64,000 nt of DNA, taken from positions 6,195,812 to 6,259,811 of the forward strand of contig NC_092675.1 of NCBI RefSeq assembly GCF_964355755.1. The letters are read 5' to 3'. Made by a program: the position numbers and the translations under genes. The stretch is from Antedon mediterranea. Its lineage: Eukaryota > Animalia > Echinodermata. The notes beneath the pieces were generated by a model. It saw only the letters and a list, made by a program, of their open reading frames with translations. It ran no database searches and was not told the origin of the DNA. Shown in pieces: positions 1-39,813 of the stretch; the stretch's first letter is position 1, and each line of letters starts with the position of its first letter.

Positions 1-166
1 CAATAGTTTTTGTGACTCTAATAATAGTAATCCCCGTGGGTTACTATTAGAGTAGTGTGTTATTATTGTAGATTGACTTTACTATTAGAAGTCCGGGTTA
101 CTATTAGAGTGTGGGTTACAATTAGAAGAGTACGGTATTAGTTTTACCTGGTTATATAAAGCAGAT

Positions 167-400
167 GACTAGTTAGCTCTATCGGCAGAGCGTCGTGTGA
201 GTAGCACGAATAGCCTGGGTTCAAATCCCATGCCGATACTTGAAAGAAGAAAGCTATCGAGCTTCTGCGTTTGGAGTTCCCAGACTTAAACGTCCCCCAC
301 CACCCCTTTCCAATACACACATCATGAGGCGGTAACATCAAGGCATCTGATCGTGGACCCAGAGTGAGTACCGTCCTAGTAATAGAGGCGCGGCAGGGGA
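167..400 (+). mobile_element. tRNA-derived SINE or tRNA pseudogene head
   Basis: A-box TAGCTCTATCGGCAGAGC, paired D and anticodon stems (TCGTG/CACGA), B-box GGTTCAAATCCC; acceptor stem does not pair. Confidence 0.6.
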
Positions 401-1464
401 GAATTTTTCCTTCTGAAGAAATTACAAACTCAAGAAACACAGACAATGTTAACCATCAACTTATTCGATAAATTTCAGATAGATGATTTCAACTTAGTCA
501 ATGTTCTTTAAAAATGTTATTAATAAAAGTTATTTCAAGACGGATGAAATGATCTCTGTAGACTGCGGTGTTTTATAATGGATCATCCAAACGAAGGTTT
601 TACACTATTGATGGATGAGTCCAAGATACAGTTTACTGTACCAGTGAAGCAATACAGACACAAATTGATTTATAATATTTATTTATTTTTTATATATAGG
701 CCTACAACGCAGCAGACAATTATGTTTAAGCATAGTTGTAAGTTGTACCTAACAGTTTCTGCCACCAATTAGCAAAGTATGCCAATGATTTATGCATTGG
801 AAGCCCTTCCACACCAAATTATTAATTTTGGATATTTTAGTGCTTAGGTATTGTGAAATATCCCATGCATACATCCCGGCATTCCATATTTCAAATATGA
901 TAAGTTTGTTTCATCTCAGTTGAATCATTTTGTTATTAGCGATAGAGAATATGAGCGTGATTTGTATTTGGATCACTATATAATAATAGGCCTACTACGG
1001 TATTATCATGTTGTACACTCATCAGTCAAAGTATAAAAAACCCCACATGTTTCCTTGCTACATAGGCTACGGCTCAAGGACCATGGTATAGGCCTATGGT
1101 AACTACTATATAACGCCTAAATACATTCCTGTCATTTGATTGGTCGATTGTGGATCACATGGCGTGCAATAGTACGCACTGTGAAACGATCGTTTACTTA
1201 GTATTTTTGTTCGTGTCAAAAAAAAAATAGCATGCCACATATTTTGTACTTTCGCCGTGAATGTTATGATTGGTTTCGCGTTGGAAAAAACATAATTAGC
1301 CTAGATGAGTTCCAGTTGCATATTGCAATATGTTATTATTAACTTTTAATATGAAAATGATTCTTTGAAAAATATTTCAAATTGTTCTTAGTAAAGTTCC
1401 CTTCTTATCTCCGCCCCACCCATCCATGCCTTCTTATCTCGCCAGAACTCCCCCCACGCAATAC

Positions 1465-1756
1465 TCCATACGTCATACCTTTTAAACAAGTTTAAGTCAG
1501 TGATGTCGATTGGTGAATGGAGTTTCTAAAGACTCTAATGGACCAATCAGAAGACTTATGCCATCCAGCCTGGACATCTGTCGCAAACATAGTAAACAAT
1601 ATCACCAATGAAACATCAGCGACGTGGACAAATTCATTTTCGGCTTGCGTAATTTTGTTTAAAATACACGAAACAGACATAGACTCAACTAAACGCAGCT
1701 AAGGGTGCAACCTAAAATATCAAAATATTACTATAGACTGTTATATCTGCGTGAAA
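1465..1756 (+). promoter_or_regulatory. GFPT promoter/5' UTR region
   Basis: Several CCAAT/ATTGG boxes (about 1509, 1543, 1604), CRE-like TACGTCA (about 1469) and GACGTGG (1621-1627) upstream of the ATG. Confidence 0.5.
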
Positions 1757-19870
<18,114 letters not shown>

Positions 19871-20374
19871 TTTAAAGCAGATGACAGAGATACAGTATCA
19901 TTATAATGACATGGAATGTGCAGTATAAAACATGTGACGTACTTCCCAGTTTATACCAAATAAGGTCGTAAGTTAAAAAGACAGTGAGGAAATCTATTTA
20001 TAGTTTGACAGATGCCATTTCTGGGTATTTTTGTCTATATTGACCAAGATTAAGATTTTTATTTTACTTTTTGCTTTTAAATATATTTGTTGATATTATT
20101 TTGGAACTTTGACTTACAGGTGTATGCTACACAAAATGAATATTATTATTAAATAATACGATATTGATAAAATTTAAATGTTTCTGCTTGATCCTAAGAA
20201 TGTGAAATACCTTGAAAGATTTTGTACTTTTTGTGTTCAATTGATCAATAAAGTTAATTAGAATATTTAAACTTTTTACAGTCAAACTTGAAAAATCGGA
20301 ATCTTTTTACATTTGAAAAACGGTTTATTGTGAAGGGTATCCGGTTTTAAGTTTACTATAGCATTATTGTGTAA

Positions 20375-20495
20375 AGCTCTACAATACAAACTTTATGTTA
20401 CAAAAAAATGTGATGTGCCCATATATGTACATGATGATGTCATATTACTACCATATTTGGGTATATCATACTATTTTGATAGTGTAGACAGAGCT
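20375..20495. mobile_element. MITE family A, downstream of the GFPT stop
   Basis: TIRs and internal repeats. Confidence 0.8.
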
Positions 20496-21928
20496 TTAGA
20501 TAAAAAGTTAAAATTCTGCTCATATTAGTCATGTTTTAAATGACAATGCCTTATTTGTGCTCTCATGTAAGTTATCTTTATTTTGGGATCGAGGATAACA
20601 TTTTGGAATTTTATCAGGACAATATTTTCTAATTTTTCCAGTTTTTTAGGTCACATTTTTTGATATGAAAGTACTTTATTTATTTAGCAATTTAATTATC
20701 AATTTGAATCAAATTGGTAAAAGTTCTTTTTTTGTACCACATTGGTACAAATTATTAAGACACACTTACTTGCATATTTTAATGCTTAATCAGAATATAT
20801 TATTATTAAAATTATTATTATTATTATTGTTAATTAAATTGATTTACTTCTTTAAATTTCATATAATATTAGACACTGTTTGTGTATTATTAAAAAACTA
20901 TATCATAGATTACATGCTACTGGCTAAGTATCAGTATTAGCAATAACTGCATTATGTAGGCCTATTGCTTTCCTGTATGGAAAAGGGTAGTGTCAGATGG
21001 GTGAGGCTGAGATTGGTCTTCCTCATTTAAAATCAACTCTCCCTTTGGGCTGACCTAACATGATATTCTGAATGTGTTTTGAATGTTAAAAAAGAAGTTG
21101 GGGCTTTTTGGACCTCAACAAAAATGTTTTGGGAGAGTTGATCATATAACTTTAAAGAAGATTTATTCGACAACAAAATTCATGAATATTTATTTTTTAT
21201 AGATATTACTAAATAATTTGGTATGGGACAATTTTTATGGAAGAATAGGTAAAAAATAATTTATACCAGTGTTTAATTCCTGTTAAGAATTATCACCCTT
21301 AATATTGGCGGTTTATAATGCCTCAGCAATCAATTATGGGTACCGGATTATATCCAACTGTATTCATTTTAGAATACTAGGTATAATTGTACTGATAATA
21401 ATGAACATTTAAATAGATATTATGATAAAATGAAACTGCTTCAGTAATGTTTAAAATTTAATATTTGCCGACTGTATATAATGTATTTGTGCACTTGTGG
21501 ATAAGATAATAAAATAACTCTCATGGTATTGTACTATATATATTCTGCTGTCTGCTTGTTGATAATGTACATGTGTGTTACACAAAATCAATCTGTTTGG
21601 TCATGGGAAGATAAGTATATACTGTATTGATAAATATTGATAAAGAATCATTCATCATTTTACCTTTGACCTTGATCATTACTTTCTGTACATATTTCTT
21701 TATGTACAGTACAATAATATTTTATAATTATGATTACCAGTATTTTTTTCAAGAACAGGCTAAATCCTACATTCTGTATGATGCTGCCTACCCTCAACTG
21801 GGCATGTACAATGACCACCTTTTATTTCAAGATCTTTTTACTATTATTAAGGTCAGAAATTTAATAATAAGAACAAAAATAGTGCTAAAAAATTTAAATG
21901 GAAGACCACAGAAGAAGCTTATTGACTT

Positions 21929-22220
21929 CAGTGAGTGGCCGAGCAGTTAAGACAGTTGAACCGTAATCCGTAGCCATAACATTGTCAAAGGTTCAAGGCT
22001 CACTTGCTCCATGGTTCTGGTGGTAAAACAAGTCTTTTCAGATACTAGTTCAGACACAGCCACTGTCCCGTGGGCAGATGAGATAGTGTCTTAAAGTGGC
22101 TGCACTGAAATGACATGACGCATGTAGTTGAAGAGTGTAACATCCGAGTCCACAGCGCCATGAGCAATGATCTATTTGTTGGAAATTGACGCTATACAAG
22201 AACTTACATATTATTATTAT
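21929..22220 (+). mobile_element. tRNA-headed SINE with L2-like tail
   Basis: A-box GTGGCCGAGCAGTTAAG, GGTTCAAG, tail GTCCACAGCGCCATGAGCAATG..(TAT)n shared with 41540-41620. Confidence 0.6.
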
Positions 22221-22643
22221 TGTATCTGGACAATTTAATTAAAAAATATGGGAGTGTTATTATGGGAAATGAGGTAGTTCTTGTCGGCCATCCGTGTGCA
22301 AAATTTGGCCCCAGCAGTTAATCTTTCTTGAAATAGAGATTGACATGACTTTGCATATATGTTAATGTGATAGTGGGTAACAGGGTCTTGGTCTAGATAA
22401 GCCGACACATATATATGACCTCTTGACCTTAAGCCCGCCCATTTGATTAAAATCTGGTGATTAAAGATGAAAGTTAACTGAAAGTCTGCATCAAAATGTT
22501 GGGTGATTATATTATTTACTCACAAACTTTGGTAACAGCTGCTTATGACCAATAAGCAACAGAAACATGTAGTAGATGTTTTGGAGGTATCAAGAAACCT
22601 ACATTTTTGTTAATGAACATTGATTGTGGGCTCCAGGATGTTA

Positions 22644-22784
22644 AGCTCTATCAAACTTTATGTGACAACAAAATGTGATGTGCCCATATATGGACATGAT
22701 GATGTTATATCACTACCATATTAGGGTATATCACTACCATATTTGGGCACATCACATTTTTAGTTTGATGGTGTAGACAGAGCT
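22644..22784. mobile_element. MITE family A
   Basis: TTA..TTA flanks, left TIR partly deleted. Confidence 0.8.
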
Positions 22785-23282
22785 TTATATTCTTACAAGC
22801 CATATTGGCGAATATAATTAAAAATTTGGTCACATGTTATTTTGAAAACATGAGAGACTGGAATTGACCATTCTCGTGTTTAATGGGTTTAAAGTTGTAT
22901 AGCGCAAAATACAAATAGCCTCTATGCGCTGTTTAACACAAGTGTAAAAGAAAGAAAATGTAATGCTAATAATAATCTGGAAGAATCCTGAATAATAATA
23001 CTAAACTACACTTTTGCAGTTTCTGTGTTTATTCCAACGTTGTACAATTTACCTAGTACAGTATAAATCCAGTATGAGATAAAATATTTCAGGTTAAAAA
23101 AAAAATTGAACTACTTATTTTGATTTAAACATGATTATGTTGATCCTAGTTATCCTTCAATAGCGTTAAATGCTATCATAGGATAAGAAGTAAACCTATG
23201 ATTAAATATTGGTGGGTATAGGTCTGGGCACCACTACAAAGTTCTGGTACCATATCACGCCATGATCCCAGGGCTTTTGGTA

Positions 23283-23494
23283 TGGTAAGCACTATACAAG
23301 ACCCTGTTCGGCATCATGAATATTAATGAGGTATGTATATATTTGAATAAGGCAGATAATACGGTTTTATTGTGTTCGTAGTGTTTCAGTTCACTCATTC
23401 CGTGATGCGGAATCGCATAATGAATATTCAAATATATATATACGTACCTCATTAATATTAATTATGTCGAACAGGTCCTCATATAGAGTTTACC
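23283..23494. repeat. Imperfect long inverted repeat (MITE-like) downstream of the ADK stop
   Basis: Arms ..CTGTTC..AATATTAATGAGGTATGTATATATTTGAATA / TATTCAAATATATATATACGTACCTCATTAATATT..GAACAG. Confidence 0.7.
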
Positions 23495-23610
23495 TTTGGT
23501 TATCACCAGCAAACCAACTTATATCATATTGTATAACAACACGATACTAACTAATGCTTATGTTATAAAGTGATAAAATCAGACAGTTGAGTACTGTGCG
23601 TTGTTTTTGT

Positions 23611-32242
<8,632 letters not shown>

Positions 32243-32478
32243 TTTTATAGTAGTAGTAGCCTTAGTATTTTTAGCTTGCTGTATTATAGTTCCCTTTCCT
32301 CCTCCTGCTTTCCTCTCTCACCTTTTCCGGCGTTTTCCCGCCGCTGTGCATGCATTTTCCACAGCCTAGCCTCCAATAAACAGCCATTTTCGTCTGGGTT
32401 TACTAGTCTAAGCATTGAAAAACGCCCTCTCTTATTAAAAATAATAAACAAAAAAGTTTGTGCGTGAACAACATATCC

Positions 32479-32492
32479 ATACCCATAGCAAC
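32479..32492 (+). promoter_or_regulatory. RFX X-box in the ADK-L/DYDC bidirectional promoter
   Basis: ATACCCATAGCAAC matches the RTHNYYWTRRNRAC X-box consensus at all positions. Confidence 0.65.
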
Positions 32493-32604
32493 ACGACGAA
32501 AGGACTGTGAAAAAACACTGTAAAATACCTCATAACTTGTGTGAAAGTTACTATTTATTTACGGGTATATAATTGTTATTATTATTCTATATAATTAGAT
32601 TGAC

Positions 32605-32985
32605 TAGAGGGCTAGTTAGGCCACCAGGCTCAGTCAGCTCACAATTAAATTCAATTAAAAAAGTAGGCTAGCTAGTAGGCCTACTACTATCTAGCTAGTA
32701 GGCCTACTATCTAGGCCTACTAGCTAGGCAGGCTAGGTTTAGGTAGGCTAGGCCTCGGCTCGGATCTATTCTAGCTAGTCTAGGCTAGCCTTATTTATTA
32801 TATAGCTAGCTAGGCTAGCCTACGAACTACTAGGGCCTGGACCTAGCCCAGCTAGTAGTAGTATAGGCCTAGCTAGTAAGTAGTAGGTCGTAGGCCGTAG
32901 GCCTGGGACAACTTAATGAAAGTTAGGAAAACCTGACCAATTCAAGAGTTGTAACCTAGCTAGGCTAGAGGCGCGCCTGTCTAGT
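32605..32985. repeat. CTAG/AGGCCT low-complexity tract
   Basis: Dense TAGGCCTA, CTAGCTAG and TAGTAG words. Confidence 0.8.
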
Positions 32986-33263
32986 ATTAATACTATTATT
33001 CTTCTTCTTTCAAATACTGAAGATCTTATCTTATTATCTTATTAATTTGTTAAGAGCAGGTTTGAGGACACTAAATAAAAACCATTACTATTATTATTGT
33101 GCATGAATGAAACAGTACTAATTATTATTTGGAAATATGCCTAGAGAGGGGGCCTATTTATAACATTTATATTATGATAACAAAATATAAATATACAAAT
33201 ATGTGTCTCAACTAAATATTTTATTTTGTCCTAATTGTATACATTACAATTATCATTACAGAA

Positions 33264-34947
33264 ATGGATACTGAATATCTGAAGAAACATGTTGGGCATT
33301 GCCTGTCAAAAGGCTTAGCTGAGATTGTAGAGAAGCGACCAATAGATCCTATTGAGTACCTTGCTAATTGGTTATACAAGTACAAAATGAACGAAAGGAA
33401 CGATAAAGAGGATGTTGCCATGGCCCTACAGTTAGAAAAAGAGAGAGAAGTGGCAGAATTAGAAAGAGAACAAGAAGAAAAGATGAGGCAAGAAGCACTG
33501 AAGCTGGCAGAGGAAGAAACACAGGCAATAAAGGTATTGTAAAACAACTGGTGTAATTACCATAACCAACCCAGACATCATAATTTTCATAATTGTTCTC
33601 GTACGCTTGTCCAACTCGTGCTTCTCTGTCTTTCCACAGTCGTGGACTGCATTTCCGAAGGATTAGTTAGTCAACTTGTAACATTCTGCCTAAATTTTTT
33701 CTTTTTCTTGTTTTAACTTATATTTTTAACGCTTGTAGACAAATTATTATAGATAGATGTTAATAAAATTATTTTATTTTCACCTAATTAATTTCCTACT
33801 TATACATTATAGCCATATCAACACTATCAAATTAGTTTGACAAAAAAAACTGGGATGTGCCCAAATATAGTAGTGATATGCTTAAATATGGTAGTAATAT
33901 TACAGCATCATGTCCATATATTGGCACATCACATTTTATTGCCACATAAAGTTTGATAGTGTAGACAATACAGAGCTTAACATACTCTAAATTCAGTTGT
34001 TATAACAAGACATTTGTTTATTTTTAGGATGCAGAACCAGAAGCTCCAGTTGTTCAAGTAGTAGTTGAAGATGATGACAAATCAACTGCTGCTAAAGACA
34101 AACCTGCGCTACCAGGCGCCCCCAACCTGGAAACTGTACCTGAAGCTGAAGAAATATCGGACGATACCAGCGGCACACCTAAGGTACATTTATTTCCTTC
34201 TTAAATTCAAATACTGTACAGTATAACGTCTATTAAAGGGACGCCTTCAAGACTTGAGCAAGTCAGACTCTGTTTACCGTACCTAAAGAACCAACTATAT
34301 CGGCATGGGTTCGGGGCCAACTTACTCCTAGTTCTGGTGGTGGAGCAAGTCTTCTTGGATAAGGACTATAAATCATAGGTCCAGTATACACAGTTATACT
34401 CCCTATGCACTTTAAGAACAAAGTTCATCATTCAAGACGAGTAGGGGATTACCCCAGTGAACTGGTTCACAAAATAGCCCTGAATCAGGGGGATTACCAT
34501 CTATCTGTGATTGATTTACTATTGGTAATCCTTGGCCACATGTGCCTAAGGACATAAAATAAACTTACATAGTGTAAAAATATACACTGTATTTCATCTT
34601 GATGATTTCACAGGTCACCTTAATAGGTGTATCTCCTGAATAGAGGTTAACCAGGAACCCTAGTGTTAAAACTTGTTTTCCGTCATTCGTTTCTCGGGAA
34701 AGTCTCCCCTGAATAGGGGTGTCCCAAAAAAGGGATTTCATGTTTCTGTTCTACTGTCTTTTCAATATAAAATTAACATGACATAATTATGCATCTTAAA
34801 TTTTTTTAATGCTAGCCAACTGATGCCGAAAAGACAGAAGGTACGACCGAAGAGGTGACAGAAGCAGCAGGAGCTGGAGAGGAAGAAGGTGGTGGCAATG
34901 AAGAAACAGAGGCAGAGGAAACAAAAGCAGAGGAATCAACCAGCTAA
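33264..34947 (+). CDS. DYDC1: DPY30 domain-containing protein (DYDC1/2-like), 185 aa
   Basis: Exons 33264-33533, 34028-34183, 34816-34947 join in frame (558 nt). N-terminal [40 protein letters not shown] is a Dpy-30 motif, followed by a coiled coil and an acidic tail. An acceptor 3 nt before the ATG implies a non-coding first exon (candidate donor at 32565). Confidence 0.88.
33821..33977. mobile_element. MITE family A
   Basis: ACACTATCAAA..TTTGATAGTGTAGAC. Confidence 0.75.
34270..34565 (+). mobile_element. SINE fragment with Deu/Nin-like core
   Basis: GGTTCGG..GTTCTGGTGGT..CAAGTCTT shared with 22015; GGATAAGGACTATAAA..GCACTTTAAGAAC..GAGTAGGGG core. Confidence 0.5.
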
Positions 34948-36349
34948 TAAGGGTGCTTCTGCAATCTGCTATTAAATGAATATTGATTATAAACATAGAC
35001 ATTTTTCAGTCCACAGTCAACACTTTACCTGACCATATCTATTTGTTTTTTTATAATGATTAAAAATAGCTATGATTTAAAATGTCATCTAACTTAAAAT
35101 TAAATTAAAACTTCAAAAATTTCATTTTGAGGGAATAGTAAGGGCAGTTCGGGAGGGGATGCAGAGAGGTCTGTCAAGTTGTATATATTTAAAGAGCATA
35201 AATTAAAAAATAGATTGCAAAAACAAAAGTGGACGACTGTTCTGTTTATTTTATCACTTTTAAAACAATTTGAGTTTTTTTCTTGTTTGGGGTTGTGGGG
35301 GTAATTTATTCTCCCAAAAACATGAAAAATGAAGATTAATAAAACTCAGACTTTGAATAGGTCATTTGCAGTTTTAACAAAAATAATGATTTCATTTATA
35401 AAAAGACAAAATAAAAGGTTACTTCTAACCAAAAACCCTATATGTTTTGCTTTAAACAAAATGTTTTCAGGTAAATAATTGTTTTAATTAGAGAGGGCGC
35501 TATATATAAAATCGCACTTCTCAGGAGAAAATAGTCCTTTTTTTCCTTCGTGTATTTCATTGCTGCTTCAGTTGGGTTACGTATTTTACCTTCCATACTT
35601 TGAGTTGATTTAATTAGTCCATTGAGGATAGAAATCCTGAATTACTATTGCATCTATCAACTGGACTGTGTGAAGTTTTGTTGCATCGAAATTGAATAAA
35701 TAAAATCAATGGAACCAAGCAACAAATAAATAAATAAGACAATTAATATTTTCAATGATAGGGCATATTATCATTGAACAGGATTTCAACAAAAACTAAT
35801 ACCCTATTAACACTATATTATCTAATACTGTATTTACTCTAATATTTCATTATACTTTAATTTGATTTGAAATGCAATTAATTAAATCATTAATACAAAA
35901 AGAATCGATACCATATCCACCATGGCAAATGGACCTGAACCGAGCAAGAAGGGGAGCAGAGTGCATTCGACTCTCTTAAGCCGCGAATAAAGGATTGCAG
36001 CTATGTACCACTTACATCAAATAAATATAATAACTTCTGTCTACTACACTAGGAGGACTATATAATACAATTATATCGGTGTTGTCTCTTATTCTTATTC
36101 TTATTCTTTTATTGCGAAATATAAAATACATGAAGAACACGACATACAAAAAAAAAAACAACAATAGAACTAACTGAGTATTCATTGTACGTATTCACAT
36201 TTTGTATAAATGTATATTCGAAGAGGTTGCTAAGGGAAAGGAGGTATCGCCAAAAATGTTCAGTATCACTATATGTTTGTAAATTATTCAATAAAACTCT
36301 ATTTTGTTTTTAAATTGTTATTCAACTGAAACGAAACAATCGGAAATAC

Positions 36350-36600
36350 AGGGACTTCCCCTCACATTACGTCATTGGAAAGAATACGCGCCCCTCTGCA
36401 TGCTGCATGCCGCAATCATCAAAGCTACCGCAACCAGACGCGCGCGTGAGCGGATATAGGCACTTCCCTTTTTCCAGATGATTGACCTGGATATACCACT
36501 TGTCGGCAACAAATCAAATTTAATCATGGATAAATTATTTAATCATGGATAAATTATTTAATTAAATACGTCAAATGGAGAGTGCTTACAATAAGTAGGT
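36350..36600 (+). promoter_or_regulatory. Candidate KAT6 distal promoter
   Basis: Local CpG/GC enrichment, ETS-like ACTTCC twice, TTACGTCA, ATTGG, GCGCGCG in otherwise AT-rich DNA upstream of KAT6. Confidence 0.45.
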
Positions 36601-39255
36601 TCATTTATTTGGTAAATCAGTCAGTTTAGGTTGTAGTTTAGGGTTTTGTACCGTGGCCCGTTAGTTCACAGCAATTTAAATCCCAATTAAGCCGATGCAA
36701 AAAAAAGTTATTTTTATAAAAATAATATTTCAGTCATTTTTCGATTTCGCATCAAAAGTCATTGTAATTATAATTAATGTTTAAACCAAGACACATGACT
36801 GAATATGTATTTTTGCTTGAAAATGTTTGCAGACAATGAAGGATTCTCCATAACCTTACGCTAATCTAATCTCAAATTGCCCTTTATGAATTTATTTTAT
36901 GAATGTTATTGCTAGGCATACCCATTACATCATGAAGGTTATTTTATACATCCGTGCATTACGTCATCAAGATAAAAAGACTAAATATTCTACAGTATCC
37001 CCACAGCCTGAATTAGACCATTATTATTTATAAAGTTTTGATTGAGACATCTTGATTTACGCCCCGTGCTTTTTGTCTATTTCACAACATCATTTTTATA
37101 CGTGGGTGGTCTAACCTTTCACGAAAAAGAGGCCTAATTATATGGTGGGCGTATTTCAAAATAAATATTTTACATTAATAATGTGATTACTGACAATAGG
37201 CCTATCTATATGTTATATTTAAATCGATAGTTTTGGATTTATCGAATAAATTGGACTAAAAATCATGTTTTTAAAAAATGTATAATTGATAATGTACAGT
37301 GTATTTAAGTTAATCCATTATTATTACCACCATGAATAATATTCCGTTTTTTACACATCATGTATAGCGCCAATTTCTTTTCATAAATTAGGCCTAAAAA
37401 TAAATATCTATGATTGTACGTAAGATTACACCGCTTTCAGTGGCCTTCAATCATAAAACAATCTGATTATTGAGGAAAATTTCAACACGACACAAATTCC
37501 ACATACTGGAGATAAATTTCACATTAGTGCGTGATGTGTCTAGGGATCAATTCTGTTTTGTAAATATTTATACTGTACTGGATAACACTTGACATATATT
37601 TGGCACAGTGATCTTGTACCACCATAGGGTTGTTAATAAAATGTTAATCGTTCTTACCCCAGCTGGTTTTATTAAACGTTATGATATCTCACAATTAACA
37701 CATTGACCAATCATAATAGATCACATATTTCCTATAGCCAATAGTTACATTCGTTTCAAAGCCCATTTGGCATCCGCCGAGGTCAATGTATGTATAGAGA
37801 ATTACATTTTTTTTTTATAAAATATGTGCATTATTTTATACAACATTTTTTTCTAACCAACTAAATCCAATTTTAAGGATATACTAATATTAATGCTATG
37901 TAAGTGTGTACATTTATTTGAATTCATTGTAATTATATGTGTTCTTTTTGTATTTACTAAAATTAGCTATGATCAAAAGAAAATTCTCGCTACTTGGTAT
38001 CGCTTTCTATTTACGAAAGTACAGTCGTTGTGGTGTGGATGTAGTGGTCAAATGACAAAAATTTGTAGGAAATTGTAGGTAAATTTGACCTTTTGTTCGA
38101 AAAAATTGATCTTGTGAATCGATGGTATTCGACTTTAGGATTAATCGTCAAGTTTAAGTAGGTGAAATGGTATATAGTGTCTTTTTTCACCTGACTAACT
38201 TGTGATTTTTGTCGGTGGGTAAGTCACTTGTGCAAAGTTACGAGATAGAGCAAAACAATCATAGCAGCCATTTTGTAAAATGGCTGCTGCCAATACAATT
38301 AATTTGACAGGAACAAATTAAGTGTTTTGCCTGTAGGGCACTACTAGACAATCTTTTGTGTCATGTTAATCAATGTATCGATTATCATACTATCAACCTA
38401 GATGACTATGTAATAAATATTTGTGTAAATAAATTGTTAATTTTCTAGCCAGCGTGTCATTCACAAAATGAGATGAAAACTCTAGGCTTCTAGCCTAGGC
38501 CCAGCTAGATAGGGAAGGAGGTTAGCTAGTGAGGCCTAGTTTGGCAAGGCTAGTGTTGTGGTGACTGGGCAAGACTGGTTTAGTTAGTGTAGTAGTAGTA
38601 ATCTAATACACTGAAGGCATAGGGCCTAGTTTATTTAGGCTAAATCTAATGTAAACAAAACTTAAATTGGAAGTGATTGTACCCTTTTTTTTCAATTGTT
38701 AGTATTTTTATATATTATGAATGAACATTGAAATATTTTTTTGTATAATCATGCTAAAATAATAACAAATAACATTTATTTTATAATTAAAAAATTTACC
38801 CTTCAGTAAAGACTAACCTCCTAGCATTATATAACCCAGCAGTAAAAAGGACAGTATTTATTAAAAGGAAATAGTTTAATACTGTATCCATACTACTAAA
38901 AATATACCTACACTACTTTAGAGATACAGGTAGTGTTTTTTAAAATAAATTTTAAATACCTGATATTCTATTCCATTCTTTGTCTAAATTGAACAATTAT
39001 TATATTAATTTAGAAATATTGCTTATTTTGATGATTTCATTTAGTTAGAAAATTAGTCATTACTTGTATCCTGTTCCTAATGAGTTTGTATGGTACTGTA
39101 GGTGATCATGTAAAAAGCATCGATTATTCAATTAAATTATGGATATTTTATATTTTCAGATGTGATGTAAATAAGAAGAAGTTTACGTTTTTTCAGTCCT
39201 ACTTTTATTAAATTGGATTTATTATGGATGGTAATAAAAGATACAAACAACCATA

Positions 39256-39813
39256 ATGGCAAAAGAAAGTGGTCAGTGCTTAGCGAATGCCAAGTACACC
39301 CAGTGGATATTGGAGGCTATCCGCAAAATACGGAAGCAAAAACAGCGTCCGAACCAGGAACGCATCTGTAACAATCTTGTCTCTGGGCATGGTCTTAGCC
39401 GGGAGACAACCTATGAACAGCTTGAGCTGTGCGTCAGAGACGGAAATGTCTTGAAAGTACTCAACAAGGGTATTGAATCGTACCGTGATCCGGAAGGTGT
39501 GCGTGGTATGCGCGGTGCTAGTACACGAACTGTTAACAAAAGCACTGATCTTGTGAAAGTAATAAAAGCAGCAATAAAAGAACTAGGAGAAGGTGGCTCT
39601 ACCTTTAAAGAAATTGAAAAGTACATTACACAGTCAAGGCGTATAGAAGTTGGAAGCCCGTCAGAACTTAGTACTAAACTTCGGACTGCCATTAAACGAG
39701 CTGTCGCCTCAGGCAGACTTGTGAAATATGGGAGAAACTTTCGTGTACCGGATGATGGAGATACAAGTAGCTACACTACATCATCCACTTCATCTAGCCC
39801 TCCAATTGACAAG
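39256..39813 (+). CDS. KAT6B: KAT6 first coding exon (winged-helix domains)
   Basis: ATAATGG start; donor AAG|gtacag after 39813. Confidence 0.93.

Noticed and set aside
1-137. TTACTATTAGAG repeats at the window start
   Set aside because: Probably the end of a MITE terminating in TACGGTA; the other end is outside the window, so it cannot be classified
167-240. Functional tRNA-Thr(AGT)
   Set aside because: Acceptor stem does not pair, position 33 is not T, and no T-run terminator follows; better read as a SINE head or pseudogene
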